A DNA stretch of 64,000 nucleotides, taken from contig CAXXRF010000002.1 in the NCBI GenBank assembly GCA_963676495.2, positions 172,626 to 236,625 of the forward strand, in the 5' to 3' direction. Below are positions 1 to 10,075 of the stretch, piece after piece. Source of the stretch: Maridesulfovibrio sp. GTDB lineage: Bacteria; Desulfobacterota; Desulfovibrionia; Desulfovibrionales; Desulfovibrionaceae. Within the stretch, counting starts at the first letter, position 1. Each line of letters starts with the position of its first letter. The notes under the pieces are model-generated. The model worked only from the letters and a program-made list of their open reading frames with translations. It searched no databases and was not told where the DNA came from. The translations under genes were made by a program, and so were the position numbers.

Positions 1-34
1 TAATAACCTTCTTCCCCGCTTGTATTGAATCCTT

Positions 35-2470
35 ATGCAGGTTATGTCCCATGCCATGCATAAGGATAACCTATTTAAAGATGGCATCAGTCTGACACCG
101 CAGGACCTGATACGTTACGAACACACGCTAAAGGACATGATTCAGGAGTTCCTGCCTTTTGAATCATACAGCCTGTTTTTTCCACGGGCTCCGAAAGGGC
201 AGTTCCGTGCGGAACTGGCTTTTGATTACAATGAGGAAAACGGCCAGCTCAACCTGCCGCTGCGGCTTCGCGGACGGGGCATGTGCTATTTTATCGCCCG
301 CGGGGTGGCGCTTGAAGCTCCTGACGCCGTGGCCCCCTTTTTGGAGGGGCTTGCCTCCGCTGTGCTTGAAAAGATGCTCCTGTATAAAGGTTCCATCACC
401 GATCCGCTGACAGGTATGGTTACCCGTGACTACTTTATGTCCAAGCTGATCAAAGAGCTGGACCTGATTCAGAACTGCATGATGCCTACTTCCGGCGGCT
501 GCAAGGACCCCGGTATTCCGACCTTCAGCGGTTCTGTCGGGGTGGTGCTGCTTGATATGGATCATTTCCAGCGGATTAATGACCGCTATGGATACCTGCT
601 CGGTGATGAAATTATCTCCACTGTGGCTTCCCGAATAAGCTCCGTGGTTTATGAATCGGTTATCTGTGCAAGAACTTTCGATGATAAATTTGCCTTTCTA
701 ATTCCTGACGGCCGCCCGAAGGTCTGTGCGCGTCTGGCTGAAGAACTTCGCGCCATTGTGGAGTCCACGCCGGTGGAAGACCCTGTTACCGGGGATGTAA
801 TCAAGATCAGTGCCAGTGCCGGATACGCCAACTATCCGCAGTCCCTTTCCGGTCCCCATTTCAAGAGAACTGCTGACGAGCAGGGGCGAATTCTTATGCG
901 CAAGGCCGCAAAGGCGGTCGCAACTGCCAAGGATTTTGGACGCAACTGCGTGTTTGCATATTCTGATATCCTAAAAAAGGGGGGTAAGGTCCTTGAGGTT
1001 CTGCCGTTGCAGCGACTGGCTCTTTCTATCGGCCAAAGTGTTGATGCCCGTGAAGGGGGACGCTTTCTGGTCTGGTCTCCTGATTACCAGTCCGGAACTC
1101 AGGCCCGCATAACCGAGGATGAGCGGATTTCCGGCTCCTACCCGACAATGTACAAGGCTGAGGTGGTTATCATCGAGGTGCAGGAAGAGATTGCTTTCGC
1201 TGAAATTCTGCACCTCAGTGATCCTGCATGGCCGGTGACTTCCGGGGACCGGTTGACCTTGCTCAATGAAAAGGACAGCTTTTTTGATGCCCAGTCCGGG
1301 TCAGAGGCGTCCACCGGGCCGCAGCGCGATATTGTGACCGGGCTTTATAACTACAAGGAATTTATCGGACGCTACAGCCGTGCGCGTCAGAATATGGATA
1401 AATATTCCGTGGCTGTTCTGCGCCTTGCTGCAAGCCCGGCAGATCATGGCGGGAACTTTCAAAAGCTTACCGACGCACAGGTGCAGAAGGTTGCATCACG
1501 CGCAGAAACTTTTTTTGATAAATCCTGCATGGGAGGGCGTTACAGCCTGAACAGCCTGATCTATTTTTTCCCGGATGAGGAATCGGACGCGGTGATGGAA
1601 AAGATCCTGCGCCTGGTCCGCGAGTGTTCCGAGGATTTTGAAATCGAGCTTGCTGCTGGTGTGGCTTCCTTTCCTTTTCTCAACTATCGCCGCAGCGAGA
1701 TTCTGGATAACTGTCGCAAAGGTCTTGATCATTCATTAATGATGGAAAAGCCCATGGTGGCCCAGTTTGATTCCGTGTCGCTTAATATTTCCGCAGACCG
1801 CCTCTATGTTGACGGGGATATTTACGGTGCTATCGAGGAATTCCGTCTCGCCCTTCTGGCTGACTCGGATAATATTCTGGCTCGCAACTCGCTGGGCATC
1901 TGCTATGCACAGGTCGGCAAGCCCGAGCAGGCTCGCAAGCAGTTTGAAGAGGTTCTTGCCATTACACCCAAAAACATAATGGCTCTTTATAATCTAGGCT
2001 GGGTCTGCCAGATGATAGGCAATCGGGACAGGGCGCGTGAGGCATACGAAAAATGTCTTGAGCTGGAACCTGATAATGTATTTTCTCTGGTACGCCTCGG
2101 CGTGCTTTCGGAACAGGATCCGGGGCTGGATGAGGCTGAAAAGTACTACCTGCGGGCGGCAAAGCTGAAGGGCGGGGATTCGCTGACCATGCGTCATCTG
2201 GCCCGTATTTCATATACCCGCAAGGATATCAACAAGGCCCGCGAGTACCTGCATCAGGCTCTTAATGCCAATCATAACGACGCCGCAGCCATGAACATGC
2301 TGGCCCGGATTTATCTGGAAAGCGGTGAAGACCCGCAGATTGCCGAGGTTCTGGCCAGGCAGAGCGCAGCCCTTAAACCTTCAAAGGACCAGTTCTGGGA
2401 AACGCTGGCCAAGGCCTTGGAGGTTCAGGAAAAATTCGAAGAGGCCGCACAGGTCCGTGCCCGATTTTAG
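35..2470 (+). CDS. Degenerate GGDEF-domain protein with C-terminal TPR repeats
   Basis: ITDPLTG...LLDMDHFQRINDRYGYLLGDE is a GGDEF fold, but the active-site motif reads RTFDDKF. A second GGDEF-like unit follows (RDIVTGLYN...GGRYSLNS), then TPRs (ARNSLGICYAQVG, ALYNLGWVC). True start may be 41 or 56. Confidence 0.85.
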   Translation: MQVMSHAMHKDNLFKDGISLTPQDLIRYEHTLKDMIQEFLPFESYSLFFPRAPKGQFRAELAFDYNEENGQLNLPLRLRGRGMCYFIARGVALEAPDAVAPFLEGLASAVLEKMLLYKGSITDPLTGMVTRDYFMSKLIKELDLIQNCMMPTSGGCKDPGIPTFSGSVGVVLLDMDHFQRINDRYGYLLGDEIISTVASRISSVVYESVICARTFDDKFAFLIPDGRPKVCARLAEELRAIVESTPVEDPVTGDVIKISASAGYANYPQSLSGPHFKRTADEQGRILMRKAAKAVATAKDFGRNCVFAYSDILKKGGKVLEVLPLQRLALSIGQSVDAREGGRFLVWSPDYQSGTQARITEDERISGSYPTMYKAEVVIIEVQEEIAFAEILHLSDPAWPVTSGDRLTLLNEKDSFFDAQSGSEASTGPQRDIVTGLYNYKEFIGRYSRARQNMDKYSVAVLRLAASPADHGGNFQKLTDAQVQKVASRAETFFDKSCMGGRYSLNSLIYFFPDEESDAVMEKILRLVRECSEDFEIELAAGVASFPFLNYRRSEILDNCRKGLDHSLMMEKPMVAQFDSVSLNISADRLYVDGDIYGAIEEFRLALLADSDNILARNSLGICYAQVGKPEQARKQFEEVLAITPKNIMALYNLGWVCQMIGNRDRAREAYEKCLELEPDNVFSLVRLGVLSEQDPGLDEAEKYYLRAAKLKGGDSLTMRHLARISYTRKDINKAREYLHQALNANHNDAAAMNMLARIYLESGEDPQIAEVLARQSAALKPSKDQFWETLAKALEVQEKFEEAAQVRARF

Positions 2471-2540
2471 GAGCATTAAGCATTTTTTCAAATCTTTGGG
2501 ACGAACCCAGTTTATGGTTGAAAGTTTACTTGAGAATACC

Positions 2541-2580
2541 AAGGCCGCAATATTTACAGGATATTGCGGCCTTTATCTTT
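2541..2580 (+). terminator. Rho-independent terminator
   Basis: AAGGCCGCAATAT-ttacagg-ATATTGCGGCCTT followed by TATCTTT. Confidence 0.75.
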
Positions 2581-2789
2581 ATGGTTCCGGCCGACGAGGG
2601 TGGATTTCCTGATTAATCCTGATCTGTTTAAATCCGGGACGGGATTATCCGATATAGGGGAAAGCTGTTTTTGTCAGGGGATGATCAAATGTAAACTTGC
2701 GGACAGTGCATGTATGAAATAGGTTTGTTCTTTCTGTTCCGGGTTGGTGGCATCTTCATATCATCATTTAATCAGGATTTTATTTTCCG

Positions 2790-3392
2790 GTGTCCAGATT
2801 TATTGTTTCCATGTACCTGATCATCTGCGGAGCGCTGCTTTTCAGTATGATTATTCCTGCTGAAGTGGAGCGCAAGTTCTCGCCCAGCCTGCGCAGGCAG
2901 GTTCAGCAGCGGGTGCTTGTTGCAAGCGGAGAACGAAAGCCCGTGGAACCTCTTTTCAAGCAGGTGGCCGATGAGTTTTCCCTGCAACCTGAAATTCTTT
3001 ACGCAATCGCAGATCACGAGTCCGGATACAATCCGTGGGCCCTGAATATAGAAGGGCGGGGTGTTTATCCCAAAAGTCGTGAGGAGGCCCTTGCCATCAT
3101 CGGGGACAATATTAACAAAAGTTTCGATGTGGGACTGATGCAGGTTAATTCCTACTGGATCAGAAAATTCGACATGAGCGTAAGGGAAGCCATCGAACCT
3201 GAGGAAAATCTGCGTCTGGGGGCATGGATTCTGCGTTATTGCCTTGATAAATACGGCTACAACTGGAAAGCCATAGGCGCCTATCATACCGGCTCACCTA
3301 AGAAGCTTCCGAACCGGTCCCGTGCTTATGCCGTTAAGGTAATTAAAAAATACGAGCAATTGCTGGACAAATCCGGCAGGAATAAGAAATGA
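2790..3392 (+). CDS. Lytic transglycosylase (SLT domain), membrane-anchored
   Basis: AIADHESGYNPWALN (catalytic E), DVGLMQVN and AIGAYHTG motifs; N-terminal hydrophobic segment. Start may be ATG 2811. Confidence 0.85.
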   Translation: MSRFIVSMYLIICGALLFSMIIPAEVERKFSPSLRRQVQQRVLVASGERKPVEPLFKQVADEFSLQPEILYAIADHESGYNPWALNIEGRGVYPKSREEALAIIGDNINKSFDVGLMQVNSYWIRKFDMSVREAIEPEENLRLGAWILRYCLDKYGYNWKAIGAYHTGSPKKLPNRSRAYAVKVIKKYEQLLDKSGRNKK

Positions 3393-3679
3393 TTGGTCGC
3401 CCGGAAGTCTGTCATTCTTCCAGCGCGGCGAAATAGCTTTTGGGTCAGCAGGCTCAGGTCTGTTTTACGGTCAGTGGCGGTCCCTGGTTTTGAAAATGAT
3501 TCTGGTTTCTGTAAGTTACGGGTTCTGCATCCGCAATGCCGGGGCTGAAATCCTGCTGAACGGTTGCAGCTCTCTTTTTTGCTGAATTGATTAATGCGGC
3601 TTGTCTCCTGAAAAGCCGGAGCATAAATAAATTAAGTCCCTCCGGGGCAACTCGATGCCGACGGAGGCGAACATCTGAT

Positions 3680-4162
3680 ATGAACGAACATGATTACGTG
3701 ATTTTTGAGGTGGATGATTCCAGCTTTGCCATTTCATCTGCTCTGGTGGATAAGGTTGAGCGCGCTGTGCTGCTTACCCCGGTTCCTGATGCTCCCGAGC
3801 CGGTGCTGGGTGTTGTCAGCGACGGCGGTGATATTGTGCCTGTGCTGGGCCTGCGTGCGCGTCTTGGCAGGTCAGAGCGAGATGTCATGCTGTCTGACCG
3901 GTTGCTTTTCAGCCGTGTGGGGGGACGCAGGGTTGCTGTTCTTGCCGATAATGTCAGTGCTGTTCAGGAGATAGGACCGGACAAGACAAAGGGAGCCGGA
4001 GATATATGGCCCGGAGTGCTTTACCTGAAATCTCTGGCCGGTTTTGAAGGTGACGTGATTATGATGCAGGATATGGATGCTGTACTTAACCCGGAACAAC
4101 TGTTTGAACTGGACAGGGCTCTTGCAGTCCTGCGCGGGGAGGACGGGCCGGTAGATGGTTAA
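3680..4162 (+). CDS. cheW: Chemotaxis coupling protein CheW (WspB-like)
   Basis: YVIFEV...FAI, TPVPDAPEPVLGV pattern; ATG 3680 is preceded by GGAGG. Confidence 0.8.
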   Translation: MNEHDYVIFEVDDSSFAISSALVDKVERAVLLTPVPDAPEPVLGVVSDGGDIVPVLGLRARLGRSERDVMLSDRLLFSRVGGRRVAVLADNVSAVQEIGPDKTKGAGDIWPGVLYLKSLAGFEGDVIMMQDMDAVLNPEQLFELDRALAVLRGEDGPVDG

Positions 4163-5729
4163 CGCCCTGACTGATGACAAGATAGCTCTTCTGGCGGAGA
4201 TGGTCCGCGAAAAGTACGGACTGGATTTTGCGCCTGACCGCTGGCGTGATTTACGCACGGCGGTAATGAATTTTCATGAAGAAAACAATCGTTTCTGTTC
4301 CTGCGGTGAATGTCTGGACTACATTCTTTCCCCGCAGGCCTGTTGCGTTGATCTTGAGCAGTTTATCAACAGGCTGACTATCGGTGAAACTTATTTTTTC
4401 CGTGACCCGCGCGCCCTTGATGTACTGGAGATGGATATACTGCGTAAGCAGAGCGGTCGCGGCAGCGGGGTGGGTGGAGCAATGCGGATATGGTCCATGG
4501 CCTGCGCAACGGGTGAAGAACCCTATACCATGGCCATGATCTGCCGTCGTTCCAATGTCCGCAGCGAGATTTACGGAACAGATATTGACAGTCGCGCCCT
4601 TGCAAAGGCTCGCGAGGGGCACTATCGGAAATGGTCCTTCCGTTCGGAATCCATGGCTTTTCGGGATATTTATTTCAAGCAGAGCGGTCCCAACGATTAT
4701 ACCATCGAGAAGTCGATCCGGGATATGGTCAAGCTTTCCAGATTCAACCTTATCGGTGACGAGGTCCCCGCTTCATTTATGCTGATGGATCTGGTGCTCT
4801 GCCGCAATGTGCTCATGTATTTTTCCGAATCAGGTGTAAAGAGGGTGCTGGATAAGATCTGGACCAGCCTTACTCCCGGCGGCGTTCTGCTTGTAACTCC
4901 GAGTGAATCCAGTCTGGTTACGAACTACAGGCGTTTTGAGCCGGTTAATTTCGGCTCGGTAATGCTGTTTCGTAAGAATGAGGAATATTCTCCGCCGAGT
5001 AATGGATTTGAGACTTATTTTACAGGTGTTTCCGATCCCGGTTTTTGTGTTCCTGATTTTTTGCAGCAGCAGGCGGCTGAGGAAGTCGGCGAAGTTGTAT
5101 TTGAAGGGTATGAACCGTTGTCCCCGGCCAAGGGTCCGGATTTATTTGTTCATGAAGATAGCGGTAATTACGAGGTGCCCGAACCTGCAGCGGCCCCGGA
5201 GATTAATGCCGGCCAATGCTCCGGGAAGGATTTTCTGACTCTTGCAGGGCAGTTACGCATTGATGGTGATCCCGCCGGAGCAATGAATCTGCTTAAGAAG
5301 TCTCTTGAAACAGAGCTTAGCCGGGCCTGCCGGTCGGAAATATATTACGCTATGGCCGAGATAAAGGCTGACGCCGGACTCCTTGATGAAGCCTCGGCCT
5401 GTTGCGGTCGTTCCATTGATCTGGACCGGATTGCTCCTAAGGCCCATTTCCTGCTGGGACAGATTAAAATGCTGCAGGGCTGTCCTGAAGGGGCCATTTC
5501 CGAATTGCGCAATGCGGTTTTTCTGGATTCCGGTTTTGTGATGGCTCATGTGATGCTTGGAAATATTTATACGGAGCAGAACGATTTTTCCGTGGCCAGC
5601 CGGCATTTCCGCATTGCCATGCAGGAGCTGCAGACTGTGGATGGAACAGAGATTGTCCCTCATTCTGACGGGACCACCGCTGCCGTGCTCATGGATATGA
5701 TCAGAATCGTGCAGCAGAATCTTGCTTAA
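4155..5729 (+). CDS. cheR: CheR methyltransferase with C-terminal TPRs (WspC-like)
   Basis: LTIGETYFFRD, RIWSMACATGEEPYT, GTDID and DLVLCRNVLMYF motifs; TPR tail. Confidence 0.9.
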   Translation: MVNALTDDKIALLAEMVREKYGLDFAPDRWRDLRTAVMNFHEENNRFCSCGECLDYILSPQACCVDLEQFINRLTIGETYFFRDPRALDVLEMDILRKQSGRGSGVGGAMRIWSMACATGEEPYTMAMICRRSNVRSEIYGTDIDSRALAKAREGHYRKWSFRSESMAFRDIYFKQSGPNDYTIEKSIRDMVKLSRFNLIGDEVPASFMLMDLVLCRNVLMYFSESGVKRVLDKIWTSLTPGGVLLVTPSESSLVTNYRRFEPVNFGSVMLFRKNEEYSPPSNGFETYFTGVSDPGFCVPDFLQQQAAEEVGEVVFEGYEPLSPAKGPDLFVHEDSGNYEVPEPAAAPEINAGQCSGKDFLTLAGQLRIDGDPAGAMNLLKKSLETELSRACRSEIYYAMAEIKADAGLLDEASACCGRSIDLDRIAPKAHFLLGQIKMLQGCPEGAISELRNAVFLDSGFVMAHVMLGNIYTEQNDFSVASRHFRIAMQELQTVDGTEIVPHSDGTTAAVLMDMIRIVQQNLA

Positions 5730-5743
5730 AGGGTGTGTGAAAA

Positions 5744-6310
5744 ATGGATGAGATCAGGGCTGATGAATTTATCCGCAGGGAAAATGACCGGGAGCTTTTG
5801 CGCAGGCGTGCCGAAAAGCTTGCCCGAAGAGTTGCTGATGGTGAAGGGCCTGAATTTCGTGACGGTAGTGCACGTGATTATGTCACCTTCAATATGGGCG
5901 GAGATACCTACGGCATCGAGACCGTTTATGTAAAAGAAGTCATGGAGCCGGAACAGGTTGTTCAGGTTCCGTGCACTCCGGATTTCATTGCAGGAGTGGT
6001 CAGCGTTCGCGGACAGGTCTGGGCGGTGATTGATCTCTGCCGTTTCTGGGGAACCGACACTAATCTGAAGTCCGCTCGGCCCAGAGTGTTGCTTCTGCGG
6101 GAAGGTGAAATTGAAATGGGGCTCGCCATAGATGATATCAATGATGTGATTCCGGTTTATGCTCATGAGCACAAGCCCTTTGCTGAAGGGAAGGAAGTAA
6201 CAGGCCGCTATGCCTCGGGAATGACCGCTGAGCGGATGATTTTACTCAAGGGCCGGGCATTGCTGGAAGAGCCGTCCTTCGTGGTTAATGAGTTTGTGGG
6301 AAATATCTGA
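5744..6310 (+). CDS. cheW: CheW (WspD-like)
   Basis: LLRRRAEKLAR N-terminus; VPCTPDFIAGVVSVRGQVWAVIDL. Confidence 0.88.
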   Translation: MDEIRADEFIRRENDRELLRRRAEKLARRVADGEGPEFRDGSARDYVTFNMGGDTYGIETVYVKEVMEPEQVVQVPCTPDFIAGVVSVRGQVWAVIDLCRFWGTDTNLKSARPRVLLLREGEIEMGLAIDDINDVIPVYAHEHKPFAEGKEVTGRYASGMTAERMILLKGRALLEEPSFVVNEFVGNI

Positions 6311-6370
6311 TTCGAGCGTGTTTTTAGAAGACAACTGCGCCCAGCGCATCAGCAAGTATGGTGAATTGAG

Positions 6371-8737
6371 ATGTCCATGAGTGATTCAGAGTTGAGAGAA
6401 AGACTGCTCAAGGCCTTTCGGGGAGAAAGCGTTGAACGCATGCGTGTGCTTTCATCCGATTTTCTCAAACTGGAGAAGGGACCTTCGGGAGAGGAGGCCG
6501 GCCGTCTTATCGAGTCTTCCTACAGGGAGCTGCACAGCCTGAAAGGAGCTGCAAGGGCAGTCGGGCTTGGGGCAGTTGAAAAATACTGTCAGACCTTTGA
6601 GTCATTTTTTGCTGTTCTTAAAAAGCAGAACCTGGTGCCTTCCGGGAGTATCTGTTCAACAATGTTAAACTGGCTGGATGTGCTGGATGTACTGATGCAG
6701 CAGGAGGATGAATCCGAAGCATCTCTCTCTGCACCTTCAGCGGCGGTTGCCCTTTCGCAGATGAAGGAACTGGCCGGTTCCGGCGATCCGGTCCGCTCTT
6801 TGACAGCTGCTGATGTCGGTAGCGGTTTGCATCGAGCCGAGCGAACTGACCTTAAGCGCCGTTTTGCTCCATCAGGGAAGGGTCAGCCTGCCGGGGAAGC
6901 CGGAAATAAGTCAAAAGGCACTGATGAGTCCGCTTCTGATGAAGCCGGGGCGGGGGCCGAAACCGCAAGAGAGGAAAAATCCGATCTATGTCCCAGTGCA
7001 AGGGCTTCGCTGGATGATACGGTTCGTTTAAACGCTTCATTTATAACCGGCCTGCTGCTGCGAACTGAAGAGTTGATATCTTCGAGAAATTCTCAGGCCG
7101 TCAGGGCCCGCGAAGTTCGGGGGCTGGAAAATATGTTTTCCTCCTGTAGAAATCTTTTTCACGACATTCATGAAGAAAGAAAGCTCATCGGGGATGAAGA
7201 TGAGCTGTCCCGTTACTCGGACATGGAAAGAAAGCTTGATGCCTTTTCCCGCAGACTGTCCGTTCTTTCTTCGGATGTGCAGAAAGCCCAATGGGAGTTG
7301 TCATCCAAGGTGGATTCCCTTCTGGGTGATTTCAAGCATTCAATGCTCCTGCCGTTTTCTTCCATGCTGGACATGTTTCCGCGAATGGTCAGAACCCTGA
7401 GTGCCGAGAAGGGCAAGAAGTGCGATATTGAAATATCTGGTGAAGCGGTTCGTATGGACCGTCGCATACTTGATATGCTGCATGATCCCCTTATCCACAT
7501 GATCAGGAATTCCATTGATCACGGTATTGAAAATCCTCAGGAGAGAAGAGAGTCCGGTAAACCTGAAGTCGGCAGGATTTCTTTTTCAATCACCCAGACC
7601 GACCGTGATGTGGTGAAAATCATCTACGCAGACGATGGCCGGGGCATAGACAGTGATAAGGTCCGGTCCAAAGCGGTAAGCAAGGGTATTGTCTCTGCTG
7701 AGGAAGCTGAAAATTTGGACCGGAGATCCATTCTTGAGCTGGTATTTGTTTCCGGTATGTCCACCAGCGAAATAATTACAGATATTTCAGGAAGAGGGCT
7801 TGGAATGGCTATTGTCAGAGACAAAATCGAGTCTCTGGGCGGTAGTGTTGTTGTAGCCAACCCCGAGGGGAAGGGGATCAGGATTGTGATGAATATTCCT
7901 GTCGCCCTTACTTCCTTTCGTGGAATTGTTGTTGAAGCAGGGGGGCATCTTTTCGTGGTCCCGAAATCAGGAGTGCGCAAGGTTCTTCTTATCCGTCAGG
8001 AGGATGTGGGGTCTTCTGCGGGGCGTGAGAATATCCTTTATGCCGGAAGGCTCCTGCCCTTGATCAGTCTCGGGGATGTTCTTGAACTTGATTCAGCCGA
8101 GCCTGATAAAAGCTCTTTCCCGGTTTTTATAATGGGCAAGGGGAGGCGCAGTGTTGCCATCAGCATGGAAGAACTTCACGGTGAACAGGATGTAATGGCT
8201 AAAACCATGGGGCCCATGCTCAAAAGAGTCCGGAATGTTTCCGGTATTTCCATGCTCGGAAGCGGGAATCTCGCTCCCATTCTCCATGGCCCGGACATGA
8301 TTCGTACCGCGCTTGGTATACATTCCGGAGTAAAGGTCCGTTCTTTTACACACCAGATCGGGGTTCGGGATAAAAAGACGGTTCTGGTGGCTGAGGATTC
8401 CATCACCTCAAGAATGCTTCTTAAAAATGTTCTTGAAGCAGCCGGATATAATGTTGTTACAGCTGTTGACGGCCGTGATGCTCTTGGCAGAATCAAGAGT
8501 GAACTTCCGGATATTCTTGTTTCTGATGTTGAGATGCCGCACATGGACGGATTTACGCTGACTGCTTCAGTCAGGAAGCTTCCGCAGGGAGCTCATCTTC
8601 CCATTGTGCTGGTCACTTCGCTGGGGTCCCCGGAAGACCGTGAACGGGGAGTGGAGGCCGGTGCTGATGCATATATCATCAAATCCAGCTTTGATCAGGG
8701 CAACCTCCTTGATGTTATAGGCAGGCTTACCGGGTAA
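6371..8737 (+). CDS. cheA: Hybrid CheA histidine kinase with C-terminal receiver (WspE-like)
   Basis: Hpt RELHSLKGAARAVG, PLIHMIRNSIDHGIE, DDGRGID and SGRGLGM motifs; CheW domain; REC (AEDS...SDVEMPHMDG...K). Confidence 0.93.
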   Translation: MSMSDSELRERLLKAFRGESVERMRVLSSDFLKLEKGPSGEEAGRLIESSYRELHSLKGAARAVGLGAVEKYCQTFESFFAVLKKQNLVPSGSICSTMLNWLDVLDVLMQQEDESEASLSAPSAAVALSQMKELAGSGDPVRSLTAADVGSGLHRAERTDLKRRFAPSGKGQPAGEAGNKSKGTDESASDEAGAGAETAREEKSDLCPSARASLDDTVRLNASFITGLLLRTEELISSRNSQAVRAREVRGLENMFSSCRNLFHDIHEERKLIGDEDELSRYSDMERKLDAFSRRLSVLSSDVQKAQWELSSKVDSLLGDFKHSMLLPFSSMLDMFPRMVRTLSAEKGKKCDIEISGEAVRMDRRILDMLHDPLIHMIRNSIDHGIENPQERRESGKPEVGRISFSITQTDRDVVKIIYADDGRGIDSDKVRSKAVSKGIVSAEEAENLDRRSILELVFVSGMSTSEIITDISGRGLGMAIVRDKIESLGGSVVVANPEGKGIRIVMNIPVALTSFRGIVVEAGGHLFVVPKSGVRKVLLIRQEDVGSSAGRENILYAGRLLPLISLGDVLELDSAEPDKSSFPVFIMGKGRRSVAISMEELHGEQDVMAKTMGPMLKRVRNVSGISMLGSGNLAPILHGPDMIRTALGIHSGVKVRSFTHQIGVRDKKTVLVAEDSITSRMLLKNVLEAAGYNVVTAVDGRDALGRIKSELPDILVSDVEMPHMDGFTLTASVRKLPQGAHLPIVLVTSLGSPEDRERGVEAGADAYIIKSSFDQGNLLDVIGRLTG

Positions 8738-9016
8738 CAACTGATGTATTACCTTTATACTTGGCTTGTTTACTGTGTGATTATTACAATATTGAAATGT
8801 TTTTGAGGCAGTTTCGTTGCCTGTTATCTGGTATGAGTGTAGTAGTTAGAAACTATTATCAATAATTTTTCATGAAATGAGATGCATTGCTGGGTTATCT
8901 TATAAAATTATTGGTTTTTGATGTGTTTATTGGTCGGTGTATATTGTTTTGGCGATTCTGCGGTGGGGTTCCGCAGTTATCGTATCTGTCTTTTTGATTA
9001 ATCTTACGGGGTTATA

Positions 9017-10072
9017 GTGATCAGGGTTTTGATAGTGGACGATTCCTCTTCTGTGCGGGAATTATTCAAAGAGATGTTCAAGCGGGAAGCCGATTTTGAG
9101 GTTGTCGGATGTGCCGAGGATGGGGAATCTGCCTTGTCCATGGTTCGGGAACTTTCCCCGGACGTGGTTACAATGGATGTAAAACTCCCTGATGATGACG
9201 GTTTCTCTGTCACCCGCAGAATCATGGAGCAGTGTCCGGTTCCCATTGTCATTGTAAGTGCCTTCTACAGCTCAACTGATGCAGAACTTGGTTTCAGGCT
9301 TCTTGATACGGGGGCTCTTGCTTTTCATGACAAGCCGGGATTCTCAAGTCCTGATTTTGCTGAGCGCATGGCGGAGATTATCATGACGGTCAGGCTCATG
9401 TCTGAGGTCCGGGTCGTCCGGCGCAAGAGCCGGTTCAGGCGTGAACATAAGGATATTTCCGTAAAAAAGGATGTTATGCGCATTCCGCAGTCCTCCAGAA
9501 TCAGGCTGGTCTGTGTCGGAGCCTCAACCGGAGGACCGCAGGCAATCAAGCAGATGCTTATGGATCTGCCCAAGGAATTTTCTGTGCCCGTGGTTGTTGT
9601 GCAGCACATGTCAGGCGGTTTCATTGAAGGAATGGTCAACTGGCTCAAGGACATGACCGGTCATGATATCCGTATTGCACGGTCCGGGGAGACCCTTAAG
9701 CCTGGGGTAATCTATTTCGGTCCCGAGGATTCCCATCTGGAGGTCAGTTCTAATCTTGTGGTTATCCTTTCAGATGCTCCCCCCGTCAGCGGGATCAGGC
9801 CGACTGTTTCAGCCTTGTTTGCCTCCGCCGCAAGAAATCTCGGTCCGGGCTGCGTGGCTGTCCTTCTGACCGGAATGGGCAGGGACGGGGCGGATGAGAT
9901 GCTTGAGATTCGCAGGGCCGGAGGACATACCATTGCACAGGATGAGGACTCGTCAATAGTATTTGGTATGCCTGGAGAGGCAGTTAGGCTTGGCGCTGCA
10001 GAAGCTGTTCTGCCATTGGGGCAGATCGGAGCGCAGATTGTGGAGTTTATCTGTGGCGGAGCGGAGGATTAG
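9017..10072 (+). CDS. cheB: CheB methylesterase response regulator (WspF-like)
   Basis: REC domain, then GASTGGP, VQHM, LTGMGRDG and AQDEDSSIVFGMP motifs. Confidence 0.95.
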   Translation: MIRVLIVDDSSSVRELFKEMFKREADFEVVGCAEDGESALSMVRELSPDVVTMDVKLPDDDGFSVTRRIMEQCPVPIVIVSAFYSSTDAELGFRLLDTGALAFHDKPGFSSPDFAERMAEIIMTVRLMSEVRVVRRKSRFRREHKDISVKKDVMRIPQSSRIRLVCVGASTGGPQAIKQMLMDLPKEFSVPVVVVQHMSGGFIEGMVNWLKDMTGHDIRIARSGETLKPGVIYFGPEDSHLEVSSNLVVILSDAPPVSGIRPTVSALFASAARNLGPGCVAVLLTGMGRDGADEMLEIRRAGGHTIAQDEDSSIVFGMPGEAVRLGAAEAVLPLGQIGAQIVEFICGGAED

Positions 10073-10075
10073 GTC

